From: Squalus acanthias
Lineage: Eukaryota
Assembly (NCBI GenBank): GCA_030390025.1
Contig: CM059432.1
Span: forward strand, 40,302,001 to 40,366,000
Reading direction: 5' to 3'
Length of the DNA stretch: 64,000 nt
Made by a program: the position numbers and the translations under genes. The notes beneath the pieces were generated by a model, which was not told the origin of the DNA, searched no databases, and saw only the letters and a list, made by a program, of their open reading frames with translations. This document shows positions 39,212 to 50,749 of the stretch, piece after piece (the stretch's first letter is position 1; every line of letters begins with the position of its first letter).

Positions 39212-39534
39212 CTGTTAAAAGGAAAAGCAGCTTCAATATTTTATTGACATTTAAAACTGACATTTCTTACTGGTACTGTTTTGATGTATTTACTTTTAAA
39301 ATCTTCCTTTCTGATGTCATGTTGTAGGGGACTATGTAGCTAAATCTGTTATTGTAATATCCTTTCACCTTTGGGACCATGGTTCTAATCCAGCACAGAA
39401 AGATACAATATAAATGACCTCTCTTTTGACACCTGATCAATAGGAGTTAAGCAATCGCAAAGAGATTCTAGTGTAAATGAAGCTGCAGCACAAGACTGCT
39501 CCCAAACTCATCTCATTTGGCATAAATTATTTGG

Positions 39535-39960
39535 CTACATTACTGGACTAGTAACCCAGAGAACAATTGCAGATTAAGAATTTAAATTCAGTTTAAAACA
39601 AATCTGGAAATAAAAAGCTGGTATCAGTAAAAGTGACCATGAATCTGTCGGACTGTCATAAAATCCCAACTGGTTCACTAATGTCCGTTAGAGAAGGAAA
39701 CCTGCTGTCATTACCTGGTCTGACTCCAGTCCTACACCAATGTGAATGACTCTTCACTTCTTTCTGAAGTGGCCTAATAATCCACTCAGTTATATCAAAC
39801 CGTTAAAAAGAATAAGACCAGCACTGTGGGAGTACCTTCACCGCACGGACTGCAGCGGTTCAAGAAGGCGACCCACTGACACCATCTCAGGGTAAGTAGG
39901 GATGGGCAATAAATGCCGGCCTTGCCAGCGATGCCCACACAACACAAATGAATGTTTAAA
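39535..39960 (+). mobile_element. HE1-type SINE
   Basis: Body aligns to 43194-43608 and carries a longer LINE-derived tail. Confidence 0.75.
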
Positions 39961-40789
39961 AAGAGCTCCCCACGTGGGTTAGTTGATAAGTTTGTTGCTT
40001 AGCGTGCAACTGAACCATGAAGATCATATTCCCAGGTAATGACAATGGTAGTGCTCCAACTGCTCACCTGGTTGGGAGCAGTAAGCTGCTTTAAACAAAG
40101 TTCAGCATCCAAAAAAAAATGGGGACTGCCATCATTCACATCCACACGGCAAAGGAAAAGTTAAGTAGGGACACTGGACCTTTAAGAAATTGTACTCTTA
40201 GCCAAATACCGACTGACGCCCTTAATTCTTTGCTCAGTGGTAGCAGGGGAGGCACTTTAAATCACAACTATGCCAGTGTTTACATATACAGAGGTCCAGT
40301 GTTTTGGACCAAAGCACCATTGAAACTAATGGCGCTATTGGCTCAACTGGATTGCTTTTTCCAAATATCCTCATAGCTATGTTAGGCACAAACCATTGGA
40401 ATATTCATGGAATAGTCTCCCCACGGCAGAATCTGGTGAATAGTAAGTGTGGGAATGAAGTGAAATAGAGTGAAGAACATGCTAACCCACAACCCAATAG
40501 GATAAGGGTTAGCACCATGTCCCCCTGCAGCATATTCTCACCGTCAGCCATTACATTCAAGTACTTCTCCAGAGAGAGTAATACTCAATAGGCGAGCAGT
40601 CATATTTCATTCCCACTCGCCACTAAAATAGAACAAATCATATATTCAGCCCTCAATATACACAGGAGGGCACATTCCATCCACTATGGGGAGGTTTAGC
40701 ATTTGGCTTATACAAATTTAGAAGAATAGGTCATCTATATTAGAGCTTGCGATAAATCAAACATTATTAAATAAATATTTTCTACTTAC

Positions 40790-40840
40790 TTGGGTGTGGC
40801 AATTTAACATTGAACAGCATTTGATCATTCTCTTCAGAAC
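40790..40840 (-). CDS. INTS8: INTS8 exon
   Basis: ttttaag|VLKRMIKCCSMLNCHTQ|gtaagt; 51 bp. Confidence 0.93.
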
Positions 40841-42471
40841 CTTAAAAATATCAATGTAACACAAAAAAATAAAATTAGATAAAAAGAAAGTAATGAGCTG
40901 TGCAGTTATCTTGTTGGTCAACACCAGTACTGTGGGAGTAGACTTTATTTGTGGGAGGGTGAAGTCTTGCAGTCACATCTACTAGGCTGCTGCTCAACCA
41001 CATCTTTATGTTGCGGTTCCAGTATACATTCCCCCTAGAGAAGCAACATCATTTCCTATGCATCATGACTATCTTCCTGAGGTTTTTTTTGCCATTAACA
41101 CACTATGGACTTTTGTGTCAGCTGCTGTGAAGTTGAAGATCAAACCCAAAGAAAGAATCAGTTGTGAATGCATCTGTCTGACCATGGGACCATAGGGCAA
41201 TAAGTGTGAATTTGCCAGCATCGTCCCACATCCCAAGAACAAATAATAAAAAATAGTTACTGGGACATTTGGCAAATTTTTTTGACACTTTTCATCCACC
41301 AAGAATCTTAAGGTTTTATATTATAGATACTGCTCTTCAGTCACAGCTGGCGGATCAGAGTTATGGTGCGAGCCGTGAGCTGGATTCTGCCTAGCGACAA
41401 CAGAAGTGAGGATTCTCTTTTAACGTTACAAAACATGGAAAATTAAGTCAACCAATTGGAATTTCTTTATAACACTTGGCTTTACACTGGGCTGGGGTTG
41501 TACTACAGACTCATGGAGATGATCTCACATTACTTGCCTTAAGTACAATGGGGATTCAGATTGCTAATCTGAGTCTAATTACAATGCTGCTTTTAAATTG
41601 ATGTGCATCGAAAACCACTTCAGAATGAAGCAAAAGCTCTAGTATAATATGATTAAAGTTTCACATGTAATGTTTTTCTATAATAACTTGAACCCCTGTG
41701 TTAATGCTCTTAAAAAACAGCTTAACATAAGTCAGGTACCATAAAAGCTAGCATTTAGATCACACCAACAAACCAGGAGATGAGAAAACTTATTACATGA
41801 ATCTGAACATTTTCCTAGTAAGCTGACGTTTTGTCACACGTGATCAGTACTTTGGTTTTTACTGTAAGTAAAGAATTGGAGATGTACATATATGTGTGTG
41901 TTATATAGATGGACACTACAACACATTAAAGGTGAGGTAGAGCCAAAGCCATTAAAGCAAAGTAGGGCAACAGATTTTGAAAACATAAATTTTCAGATGT
42001 ACTAATTCCCTCCTCCCTCTCCTAAAAAGTATTATTTGCTTGCTAGGGTATGACTACAGAAAAACTGAATCTCTAGAACCTTGTACAAGGGGCTATTATA
42101 TATGTGCATCTTAATATTGAGTATTGGCAGGCTATTCAACTGTTGGGCTATCACAGTCAAACCCAATTCTATCCTTGCCCATGCATTTCCAGCATAGTCA
42201 CTGGGTAGCAGTTTCCAGCATTCATTTTTGGAGTAAAAAAAAAAGAGAACATGACACTTTACTACAGCTATTGCACTGGATTCTGCAGAATACTGCTAGT
42301 CAGCTTTTTCACTTGAAGACAGTAAAACATCCATACATCGCTAATGCACTGGGGTGGAGTCAAAAGCCTCTCATTCAAAAATGAAATGTCTTGAGGCCGG
42401 CAAAGCACAACAGATAAAACAAAGGCCAATGGGAATTTCCATCTGTAGCTCCCTTTCCTGATCCCTCTTAC

Positions 42472-42575
42472 CATGTCTGTGTACACATCGGAAGGAACGC
42501 CCTTATTGAAAAAGTCTGAACAAATGGCACCAGCTTGAAGGTAGAAATGCAAAGCTGCTGAAAACTGATTGGTTG
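42472..42575 (-). CDS. INTS8: INTS8 exon
   Basis: ttccag|(A)TNQFSAALHFYLQAGAICSDFFNKGVPSDVYTDM|gtaaga; 104 bp. Confidence 0.94.
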
Positions 42576-43193
42576 CTGGAAGGTTAGAAAATAAAAATGT
42601 TACGTGAAATTCTACATTCAGCTAGTTTGGTATTCAAATCACAACACAGGAACAATACATAAAATGATTCATAGTAGAATCTTAAGAGTTACACATTTTA
42701 TGCATGATGTCCATATTTAACATTTCAAGCACGGAAAACAAGATTTCTCTCATCTGGATGCCTTCAGGGTCTGGGGGTGGGGCGGTTGCTAACAATTTAC
42801 TTATTGACAGAATTTCTTCCAGTTTTGATAAAAATAGATTATTAATTGAGCTGTTTACATGCCAACCTACCAAGTTTGGGCTTTCAATTAGCTGAAAAAC
42901 TGGCCTTTAAAGACAGCTTTTCAGCTGGTAAAACCCTAGTTTAAAAAAAAACATTGAACCTTCAGCAGACACCAAAAGAAATATGGTATGTAAAGGATAT
43001 AAAGCTGCATTTCTAAGGGAACAAAATGGTTACAAATGACAAATCGCTTTCATCAACCTAACACATCTCTGTAGAGAGGGGCACACTGATAGCAACCACA
43101 CAATGGGAACACAGCAACATGTCCTCCAACCAATCTCTGAAGGGGTGAGAAGGGGAGGGCTCAGCAAAAAACATTCGGTAACCTTTGTACTAG

Positions 43194-43608
43194 AGTACAG
43201 TAGCATAGTGGTTATATTACTGGACTAGTAATCCAGAGACCTGGACCAATGATCTAGAGACGTGAGTTCAAATCCGACCACGACAGCTGGGGAATTTAAA
43301 TTCAGTTAATTAAATAAATCTGGAATAAAAAGCTAGTATCAGTAATGGTGACCATAAAAAAATTGTTGTAAAAACCCATCTAGTTCACTAATGTCCTATA
43401 GGGAAGGAAATCTGTTGTCCTTACCTGATCTGGCCGATATGTGACTCCAGACCCACAGCAATGTGGTTGACTCTTAACTACCCTCTGAAATGGCCTAGGA
43501 AGCCACTCAGTTGTAAGGCGGCTTAACATCACCTTCTCAAGGGCAATTAGGGATGGGCAATAAATGCTGGCCTTGTCAGCGACGCCCACATCCCATGAAT
43601 AAATAAAA
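43194..43608 (+). mobile_element. Full-length HE1-type SINE
   Basis: tRNA-like head (box A tagcatagtgg, box B gagttcaaatcc), central domain, and HER1-like LINE tail ending aataaataaaaa. Confidence 0.82.
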
Positions 43609-43829
43609 AGACGACCTTTTGTGACTTTGCTTACAGGCAGGTCTAGGGTGTGGAGCTTGTTTGAGATATTTAGCTTGGTTCCATTACAAAACTATAACTT
43701 GCATTAATATAGTATATTTAATATTTTTTAAAATCCCAACATGCTTCACAAATGGGTGCAAAGAAAATGGACAGTCAGAAAGGAAGAAATCAGGGTGCAG
43801 CTTGGTCAAAGAAGGTTTCTTTTTTAAAA

Positions 43830-44590
43830 AAAGGTAAAAAGTTTAGGGATGGAATTGCGAAGAGTATAACTGAGGCAGCTGAACATTCTGCCATCAATAG
43901 TAAGACAAAGGAAGGGAACGTGCAGAAAGCTGGGATTAGTGGAAAACAGCACTTGGAAGGGGATACAGGGCGGGAGAAGACGTCATAGATAAGGTGGGGC
44001 AAAGCCATGTAGGGGTTTATAGGCAAGGATTTCAAATTTGATGTGTTGGGGACAAGGGGGCTGATATAGATCAGCAAGAATGGGAGTGACGGATGAGAAG
44101 GACAGGATACGTGTGGCAGAATTTTGGGCAAGTTGGAATTTATGAAAGGTGGAAGATTGGATGACAGCAACGAGAGTTAGAATAGTGAAGACTGGAAGTG
44201 AAAAAAAAAAATAACAAGTGGTGAAGGGGCTGAGATAGGGTTGAAAGCAGGCAATGTTGTGAAGGTAAGCAGTCTTGGTAATGGACAAGATGTGGGCTGT
44301 GAGGCATTGATCAAGGTCAAACAGGACACCAAGATTACAAATGGCCATGTTCAAATGGCCAAGAGAGAGGTTGGAATCACTCGCAAGAGAGTTAGGTTGG
44401 GAACCAAAGATGATGGCTTCTAACTTTTCAATGTTGAGTTGCAGGAAGTTGCGACTCATCCAAGACTTGATATTGGGCAAGCAGTCTAACACAAAGGCAG
44501 TCAACAGAAGTTGTGGTATCCTTAGCATACATAGGACAGCTGACCCCATGTCAGTGGATGATATCATTGAGGGACAGTATATAGATAAGA
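43830..44590 (-). mobile_element. Old L2 LINE remnant
   Basis: ORF 43983-44597 has CLPNIKSWMSRNFLQLNIEKLE, NLGVLFD and KPLHGFAPPYL. Confidence 0.8.
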
Positions 44591-44598
44591 AAGACAAA

Positions 44599-46310
44599 GG
44601 CCGCGATTTTACTTACCTCGGTGGGTCCGTGGCGGGCGACGTCGGTGGCGGGTCCCGACCCAGCGGCTGGCTCCATCCCATGCTGCGAAATGACTTTCCG
44701 TTGATGGGGCTTGTTAAGCCCGCCCAGCGCGTTTCCCAGCCCAATTAGAGGAAGCGGGTCTGGTGACGTCATTTCATGATGCGTCATCAGCCGGTTTCCT
44801 TAAAGGGACAATGGCCAACTTTATTTTGACATTTGTGCGGTCAGTGTTCTACAGCACTGAAGTGCTGCAAACACTGAATGACTGCACAGAGGTGCAGGGC
44901 TGCACCCAGGTTCTCCCATGACTCCCTCCATATGGAGGGAGTCGGAGCACGCAAGGAGGTCCTCTTCCCTTCCGATGGGCGGAAGAGACCTCCCAGGAGA
45001 CCAAGACAGCCTGGTTGCACATTGCACAGGAGGACACAAGCAGGGATGTCGTCAGGAGGACCTGGGTGCTGTGGCGCAACCGTTCAATGATCTCAGTAGC
45101 TCACGAAACGTTAGTACAAAGCCACACTCAACCTCATCCTGCTGTGCCTCTCATCACATCCCCATCACTCTGCCATCTCTACCCTACCCCTGCACATACT
45201 CACTTACACCAACTTACCTTGCACCTCCACCCATCCCTCTCTATCTACATTATCACATCCCCATCTCACTAGCCAACGCTCACACTCACCCTCATCCTAG
45301 TGCAATCATACCAACTAACAACACACAAGGGTAGCCACTTGGGTGTTTTATCCAATGTTCATGTAAAGTTTCTGTTAATGTGCTGTCAAACATTGAAACC
45401 TTTATTTTTAACACTTTGCGATCTTGGACAGATTTGTGTGCACCTTTGGAAGTGGCTTAGTGAGTTGCAGTGAATGGGGAGACATAACGGCACCACCCCC
45501 CCCACCCCCCCCCCCCCCGCAATGGTGGTGAGTGTGAAAAGAATGGATTAGACATTGTAGGGATGCTTTATGGTGTTGGTGTGAGGTGGTGCCAACCTGG
45601 CGCATCATGTGGCAGCCAGGTGTACAGCGTCAAGTGAAGTAAATCTGGCCATGGTGAGGCCATCCCTGGCCTCCCAGGCAGCAATGTGCTCAAGTGCTGA
45701 TGCCCTGTGTCCTGTGCAGCATCAGGTGATTGCGGAGAAGGTTGGTGTTGTCGTTGGTGCTGCTGGTGTTGGGGCTGATTATGGTCGGATTCTGAGGACC
45801 AAGGTGAGACAGTATAAAGGGCACCCATGTTGATGGAATAGATGGCAGGTGAAGTAAGATGACAGAAGCATTGCGTCAATGGTGAGAGAGTTCTTCCAAA
45901 GAGGTGATACTGGATGGAGAGTGGAAAGTGGAAAGCCTAAAGCCTGCAGAATCTGTGCTGGAAATGGACTGAGAAACAGCTTGTGGCTGAGGAAAGTGAT
46001 GATCTGTCAGGTGGGAACTTTTACTGTACATTTGAAGCTGTCAAGGAATCAGCTGCAGCAATGGCCACTGAACTCCCGCCTCAGGTTGACAGCCATGGTC
46101 CCAGAACAGCGTGGTTCCCGTGGCCATGAAGTTAAAGTGAAAAGGTAAGTTAAAAAAGCCTGTTAATGATCTGTCAACAAGGCAATAATGAGCTTAATTG
46201 GGTCCCTTGCCACTGCCCGTCGGGTCTGTTCAGCGCTGACAGACCCGACATTGGGAAAGGCGTGTGACGGTGGGTTGACAGCGGGTCGAAAAAAAACACT
46301 TTCCCACCCG
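44599..46310 (+). mobile_element. Harbinger-like DNA transposon remnant with a decayed Myb/SANT (trihelix) gene
   Basis: Frameshifted APRFS..ARKEVLFPSDGRKRP / TAWLHIAQE..SRDVVRRTWVLWRNR at 44878-45090; CpG-rich left end ggccgcgattttac. Confidence 0.6.
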
Positions 46311-46552
46311 ACCAACATCAGAAACAGATTATCTGGTCATGATCACATTGCTGTTTGTGTGACCTTGCTGTGCGCAAATTGGCTACTGTGCTTCATATAG
46401 AATAACAGCAACTACACTTCAAAAGCACTTCATTGATTGTAAAAGTCCTCAAGGCATCTTTAATTTTTCCCACATATAGACGTTTAATCAAAACTACATT
46501 GATTAAATGAATAAATAATTTGATCAGGTGGTTTAAAATGTGTCATACTTAC

Positions 46553-46671
46553 CAAAGTAAATATCTGCTTGGGTAATTAACCAGAAGTGGTTACTGGAGT
46601 TGATGTTTAGTGAATAACTGACCAGCTCCTTCATTGTGACAGCAACAGCCTCAACATCCACTGACTGCAAG
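46553..46671 (-). CDS. INTS8: INTS8 exon
   Basis: tttgtaag|(N)LQSVDVEAVAVTMKELVSYSLNINSSNHFWLITQADIYF|gtaagt; 119 bp; acceptor chosen by phase. Confidence 0.9.
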
Positions 46672-46772
46672 CTTACAAATCAAATGCAAAAAAAAATGTT
46701 TGAGACAAAACAAACAAAACCAACTACTTGCTTAACTGAAGAGATTAAAATAGTACGCCTGTGTACATGTAT

Positions 46773-46815
46773 ACACACACACACACACACACACACACGT
46801 ACACGCACACACACA
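46773..46815. repeat. (CA)n microsatellite, imperfect
   Basis: Directly visible in the short intron between the INTS8 exons at 46882 and 46671. Confidence 0.95.
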
Positions 46816-46881
46816 ATTTATACCAGAACTACTTAAATAAATACAATGACAGGGTAAAATTGTCCCCAAGCACTGACTTAC

Positions 46882-46943
46882 TTTGGGATGGACGTTGGCC
46901 AAATAGACATATGCTCTGCAGTGACATCATTTACAATGTCATC
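46882..46943 (-). CDS. INTS8: INTS8 exon
   Basis: ttctag|DDIVNDVTAEHMSIWPTSIP(N)|gtaagt; 62 bp. Confidence 0.93.
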
Positions 46944-47076
46944 CTAGAACAGAAAGATCATCAGCTTAGTTACTATGAAAATTATTCTAAAAATCAATAT
47001 TGCAAAATACTGTACTAACATAAGCATTATAATATTTGTTAATACGTCCTTATCTAAAACATTAACCAGTACAAAC

Positions 47077-47136
47077 CCGGACAATGTTGTGCAACTTCAC
47101 AAAAAGGGAGATTAATGTTGTCAGAACCAATGGATC
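47077..47136 (-). CDS. INTS8: INTS8 exon
   Basis: ttatag|DPLVLTTLISLFVKLHNIVR|gtttgt; 60 bp. Confidence 0.92.
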
Positions 47137-47639
47137 CTATAAAACAAAACAAAGACTTCATGATTTCTTTCTGATAAAATGATCAATCTGTTCAAGTATA
47201 TTTATATTTCTGCAAGGAAGTGCCATAAAACAAGTCATCATACATTTTAAATTTAATATAAAATGAGCTTTTCAAATTTACTGATATTCTTCTTTGCCTT
47301 GACTTTTCTTATTAATACACAAACTGTATCTCAAAACTAGGCATGAAATATGGAAACAAAAAAGAAAAAATTATTCCAAACCAATTTCTTTTCTTGGGAG
47401 GGGGGTAACTCTCCTTTAAAAAAAACTATTTACTGTATTTCTTCCCCTTATCCCACCTGGGCAACCTGCTTCTATGCATCTGCCTAAGACACTCTGTAAC
47501 CAATTGCTGAGAGGTGTATAAGAGAAACCCAGGGCTGACTCTTCCTTCTTGTGGGGAAGTGCTCAGCCTCTACTTGAGTGTTCAGCTCTGTTGTTCAGGG
47601 AAAGCACCATTTCCCATCATTCTGTACCATCTTGGTAGC

Positions 47640-47940
47640 AGGCCAGCATTTATTGTCCAGCCCTAATTTCCCTTGAGAAGGTGGTGGTGAGCCGCCTTCT
47701 TGAACCGCTGCAGTCCGTGTGGTGACAGTACTCCCATAGTGCTGCTAGGGAGGGAGTTCCAGGATTTTGACCCAGTGACGAAGTCAGGATGGTGTGTGAC
47801 TTGGAGGGGAACTTGCAGGTGATGGTATTCTTATGCGCCTGCTGCCCTTGTCCTTCTAGGTGGTATTGGTCACGGGTTTGGGAGGTGCTGCTGAAGAAGC
47901 CTTGGCGAGTTGCTGCAGTGCATCTTGTAGATGGTACGCA
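47640..47940 (-). mobile_element. HER1-like LINE 3' fragment
   Basis: Aligns to 59620-59945. Confidence 0.75.
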
Positions 47941-48089
47941 CGGAGCAAAGGAGGAGATCATGGCTCTAAAGCTGTTTGCATTACTGCTTAATAAAACCCC
48001 AATAACTAATGCCTCCACATCACGACGCAGAAATGGAAATGAGGTCAAATAGCATTTGATTCAATTTCTTTAACAGCCTTGATGCTTAC

Positions 48090-48123
48090 GCTCAACCTCT
48101 TGCTGAATGTTACCAGCTCACTC
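48090..48123 (-). CDS. INTS8: INTS8 short exon (34 bp)
   Basis: ctttag|(R)SELVTFSKRLS|gtaagc; long polypyrimidine tract; phases 2/0 fit both neighbours. Confidence 0.88.
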
Positions 48124-48566
48124 CTAAAGCCAAGAAAGAAAGAAAATTAATATACAATAGACATTATAGTTCATGCAACACCAACTAAGTGTGCTTCATT
48201 TGAGAATTACTAAATTGCAACCTATTTGGGGTTATTACACACATAATAAGCATGCAGCACAAGTGATCTTCAGTAGCTTGAGTGCAAAATGGCAAGCAAC
48301 ATTCTCAAGCTCGGGTGGAGAACACTTTTCAACTTTTATTTCTCAGAATTTGAACAGTGATACTGTCCGTAGTTGTTAGCACAAAACATTTTTGAACATG
48401 AATATCTTGCTGAACAGGTCAACAAATAGATTTATTACTTGGATTCTTTTGTGCTAATTTGTGCACAATTAAAATGACCTAGAGCCCTTTATGAAGTATG
48501 TAATGTTTTAAATCGGATAGAGTAGATTTGGTAAACTTAGTGTGCAAATAGGTCTTTAAAAAGATA

Positions 48567-49468
48567 CGATAGCAAAATACTGCGGATGCTGGAAATCCGA
48601 AATAACAACAGAAAACGCTGGAAAAACTCAGCAGGCCAGACAGCATCCGTGGAAAGAGAAACAGAGTTAACGTTTCAGGTCGAAGACCCTTTGTCAGAAC
48701 TGGAAAAAAGCAGGAAATAAAATAGATTTAAAGCAAGTATAATGCTGGGGAAAGGGGGAGGGGATGAAAGAACAAAGGGGAAGGTCAGTGGTAGTATAGA
48801 AGGCAGGAGAGATTAAGAGACATGGAGAGACATTAAGAGATATTCAAGGCGAGAGGAGGTGGTAATGTGACAGGTTGAAGCTAGATGAGGTGTGAAATGC
48901 GCTGGCGGAATGAAGGACAGCTGCCAGCTTCAGGGAGGGAAGAAAAAAAAGGGGCCAAACAAAAGGGTGGATGAAAAAATAAAATATATATATGTGATAG
49001 GGGCCGTGGTTATGATCTGAAATTGTTGAACTCTATGTTGAGTCCAGAGGGCTGTAGCGTGCCTAAACGAAAGATGAGGTGCTGTTCCTCGAGCTTACGC
49101 TGAGCTTCCGTGGAACAATGCAAGAGGCCGAGGATGGTGAGGTCAGAGTGGGAGTGGAGTGGAGAATTAAAGTGACAGGCCACCAGGTCATCTAGCTTCA
49201 ACCTGTCACATTACCACCTCCTCTCGCCTTGAATATCTCTTAATGTCTCTCCATGTCTCTTAATCTCTCCTGCCTTCTATACTACCACTGACCTTCCCCT
49301 TTGTTCTTTCATCCCCTCCCCCTTTTCCCAGCATTATACTTGCTTTAAATCTATTTCATTTCCTGTTTTTTTCCAGTTCTGACGAAGGGTCTTCGACCTG
49401 AAACGTTAACTCTGTTTCTCTCTCCACAGATGCTGCCTGGCCTGCTGAGTTTTTCCAGCATTTTCTGT
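48567..49468 (-). mobile_element. Penelope-like element with inverted terminal repeat and 15-bp TSD
   Basis: Arms 48608-48888 and 49188-49468 are reverse complements; spacer encodes the GIY-YIG C-terminus (VACHFNSPLH..RKLEEQHLIFRLGTLQPSGLNIEF); GTCTTTAAAAAGATA at 48552-48566 and 49467-49481. Confidence 0.9.
49375..49411 (+). ncRNA. Minimal hammerhead ribozyme motif, intact core
   Basis: AGTT-CTGACGA-A-GGGTC(ttc)GACCT-GAAA-CGTT-AACT. Confidence 0.75.
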
Positions 49469-49529
49469 CTTTAAAAAGATAGGTCTCTTAAACTACAGAG
49501 AAATCTCATTGCAATACAAAAGTTGTTAC

Positions 49530-49714
49530 CTATACATGATCCCCAGTGTGGATTCCCGATGTTTAATTAAACTGATTCTTCCATCATTGACTCGCTTGTG
49601 CTGGTTAGATAAACAAAAGATCTGAACCACTACATCCCAGAGGTCTTTAGCAGTTCTTCTGCTTTCTTTTGGGCCAGGAAGCTCTTTACAAGTTGCAGCC
49701 AAAAGTTGTCCCAG
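49530..49714 (-). CDS. INTS8: INTS8 exon
   Basis: ctacag|LGQLLAATCKELPGPKESRRTAKDLWDVVVQIFCLSNQHKRVNDGRISLIKHRESTLGIMY(R)|gtaaca; 185 bp. Confidence 0.95.
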
Positions 49715-49836
49715 CTGTAGGATACACAAGAGAAAAAAATTATTCCAAGTATTATGTTCTGTTGTGCATATTTTAATGGATTACAAATTTATAGCTTTGC
49801 TACTCAACAAAATGTGACCAGGGCATTACTAAAGAT

Positions 49837-50359
49837 TAAAACAAAAACAAAATACTACAGATGCTGGAAATCTGAAATAAAAACAGAAAATGCTGGAAAT
49901 ACTCAGCGGGTCAGGCAGTATTCGATTAGGCACTTTACAGCCTTCTGGACTCAACATCGAGTTCAACAATTTCAGACCATAACCTCTGCTCCTATCTTTT
50001 TTTTCCATTTTTTCTCTCGCTCACATGGCAGCTGTCGATCATTCTGCCATCGCCATTTACACTTCATCTAGAGCCATCTTTTGTTTCTTAACTTGTTCCA
50101 TTACCATCTCCTTTTGCCTTGCACCATCATCCCTTTTGTCTCTTAATCTCTCCTGCCTTCCATCCTATCACAGACGTTCCCTTTTGTTCTTTCCTCTCCT
50201 CCCCCTTTTCCTGCCCCTACACTTGCTTAAAAACCTGTTCCATCTCCAACTTTTTCCAGTTCTGACGAAGGGTCATCGACCTGAAACATTAACTCTGTTT
50301 CTCTCTCCACAGATGCTGCCTGACCTGCTGAGCATTTCCAGCATTTTCTGTTTTTATTT
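49837..50359 (+). mobile_element. Second PLE fragment with short inverted end and 13-bp TSD
   Basis: Arms 49874-49918 / 50316-50360; CATTACTAAAGAT at 49824-49836 and 50360-50372; hammerhead-like motif at 50258-50294. Confidence 0.87.
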
Positions 50360-50627
50360 CATTACTAAAGATATATGGCCTAATAATATTTAATTGTTTT
50401 AAAGTTACTTTATCTACTGGTTATTACAGCCTCAGAAGCATTGTTACTCACTAACTTGTTAAGTGCTACAATTCCGATCTGAGATTTAATTTGCTATCAG
50501 CTACGCACTGAATGGGTACTTCCAGAGAGCAATCAACAATCACACCCAAATCTTTTTCCTTCACATAAAACAGAGTAGCTTTTTTTTTGTTCAACAAGCT
50601 CTAGGTAAGGTACAGAAATGTGGTTAC

Positions 50628-50749
50628 TTTCACATATGGATTGTTCTGGACAAGCGCTGCAGGAATTTGAAGTGTCAGGTATTCATTCTCCTTCCAGTTC
50701 AACATGAAAGCAACACACTCTTCGGTTATAATTTGCCGGAGTGGAATGT
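50628..50749 (-). CDS. INTS8: INTS8 exon
   Basis: tttcag|(D)IPLRQIITEECVAFMLNWKENEYLTLQIPAALVQNNPYVK|gtaacc; 122 bp. Confidence 0.94.

Noticed and set aside
43194..43285. tRNA gene
   Set aside because: The A and B boxes belong to a SINE head and there is no cloverleaf.
47295..47335. Possible GC-donor exon encoding LIRKVK
   Set aside because: The exon at 48090-48123 has canonical sites, correct phases and better similarity to INTS8.
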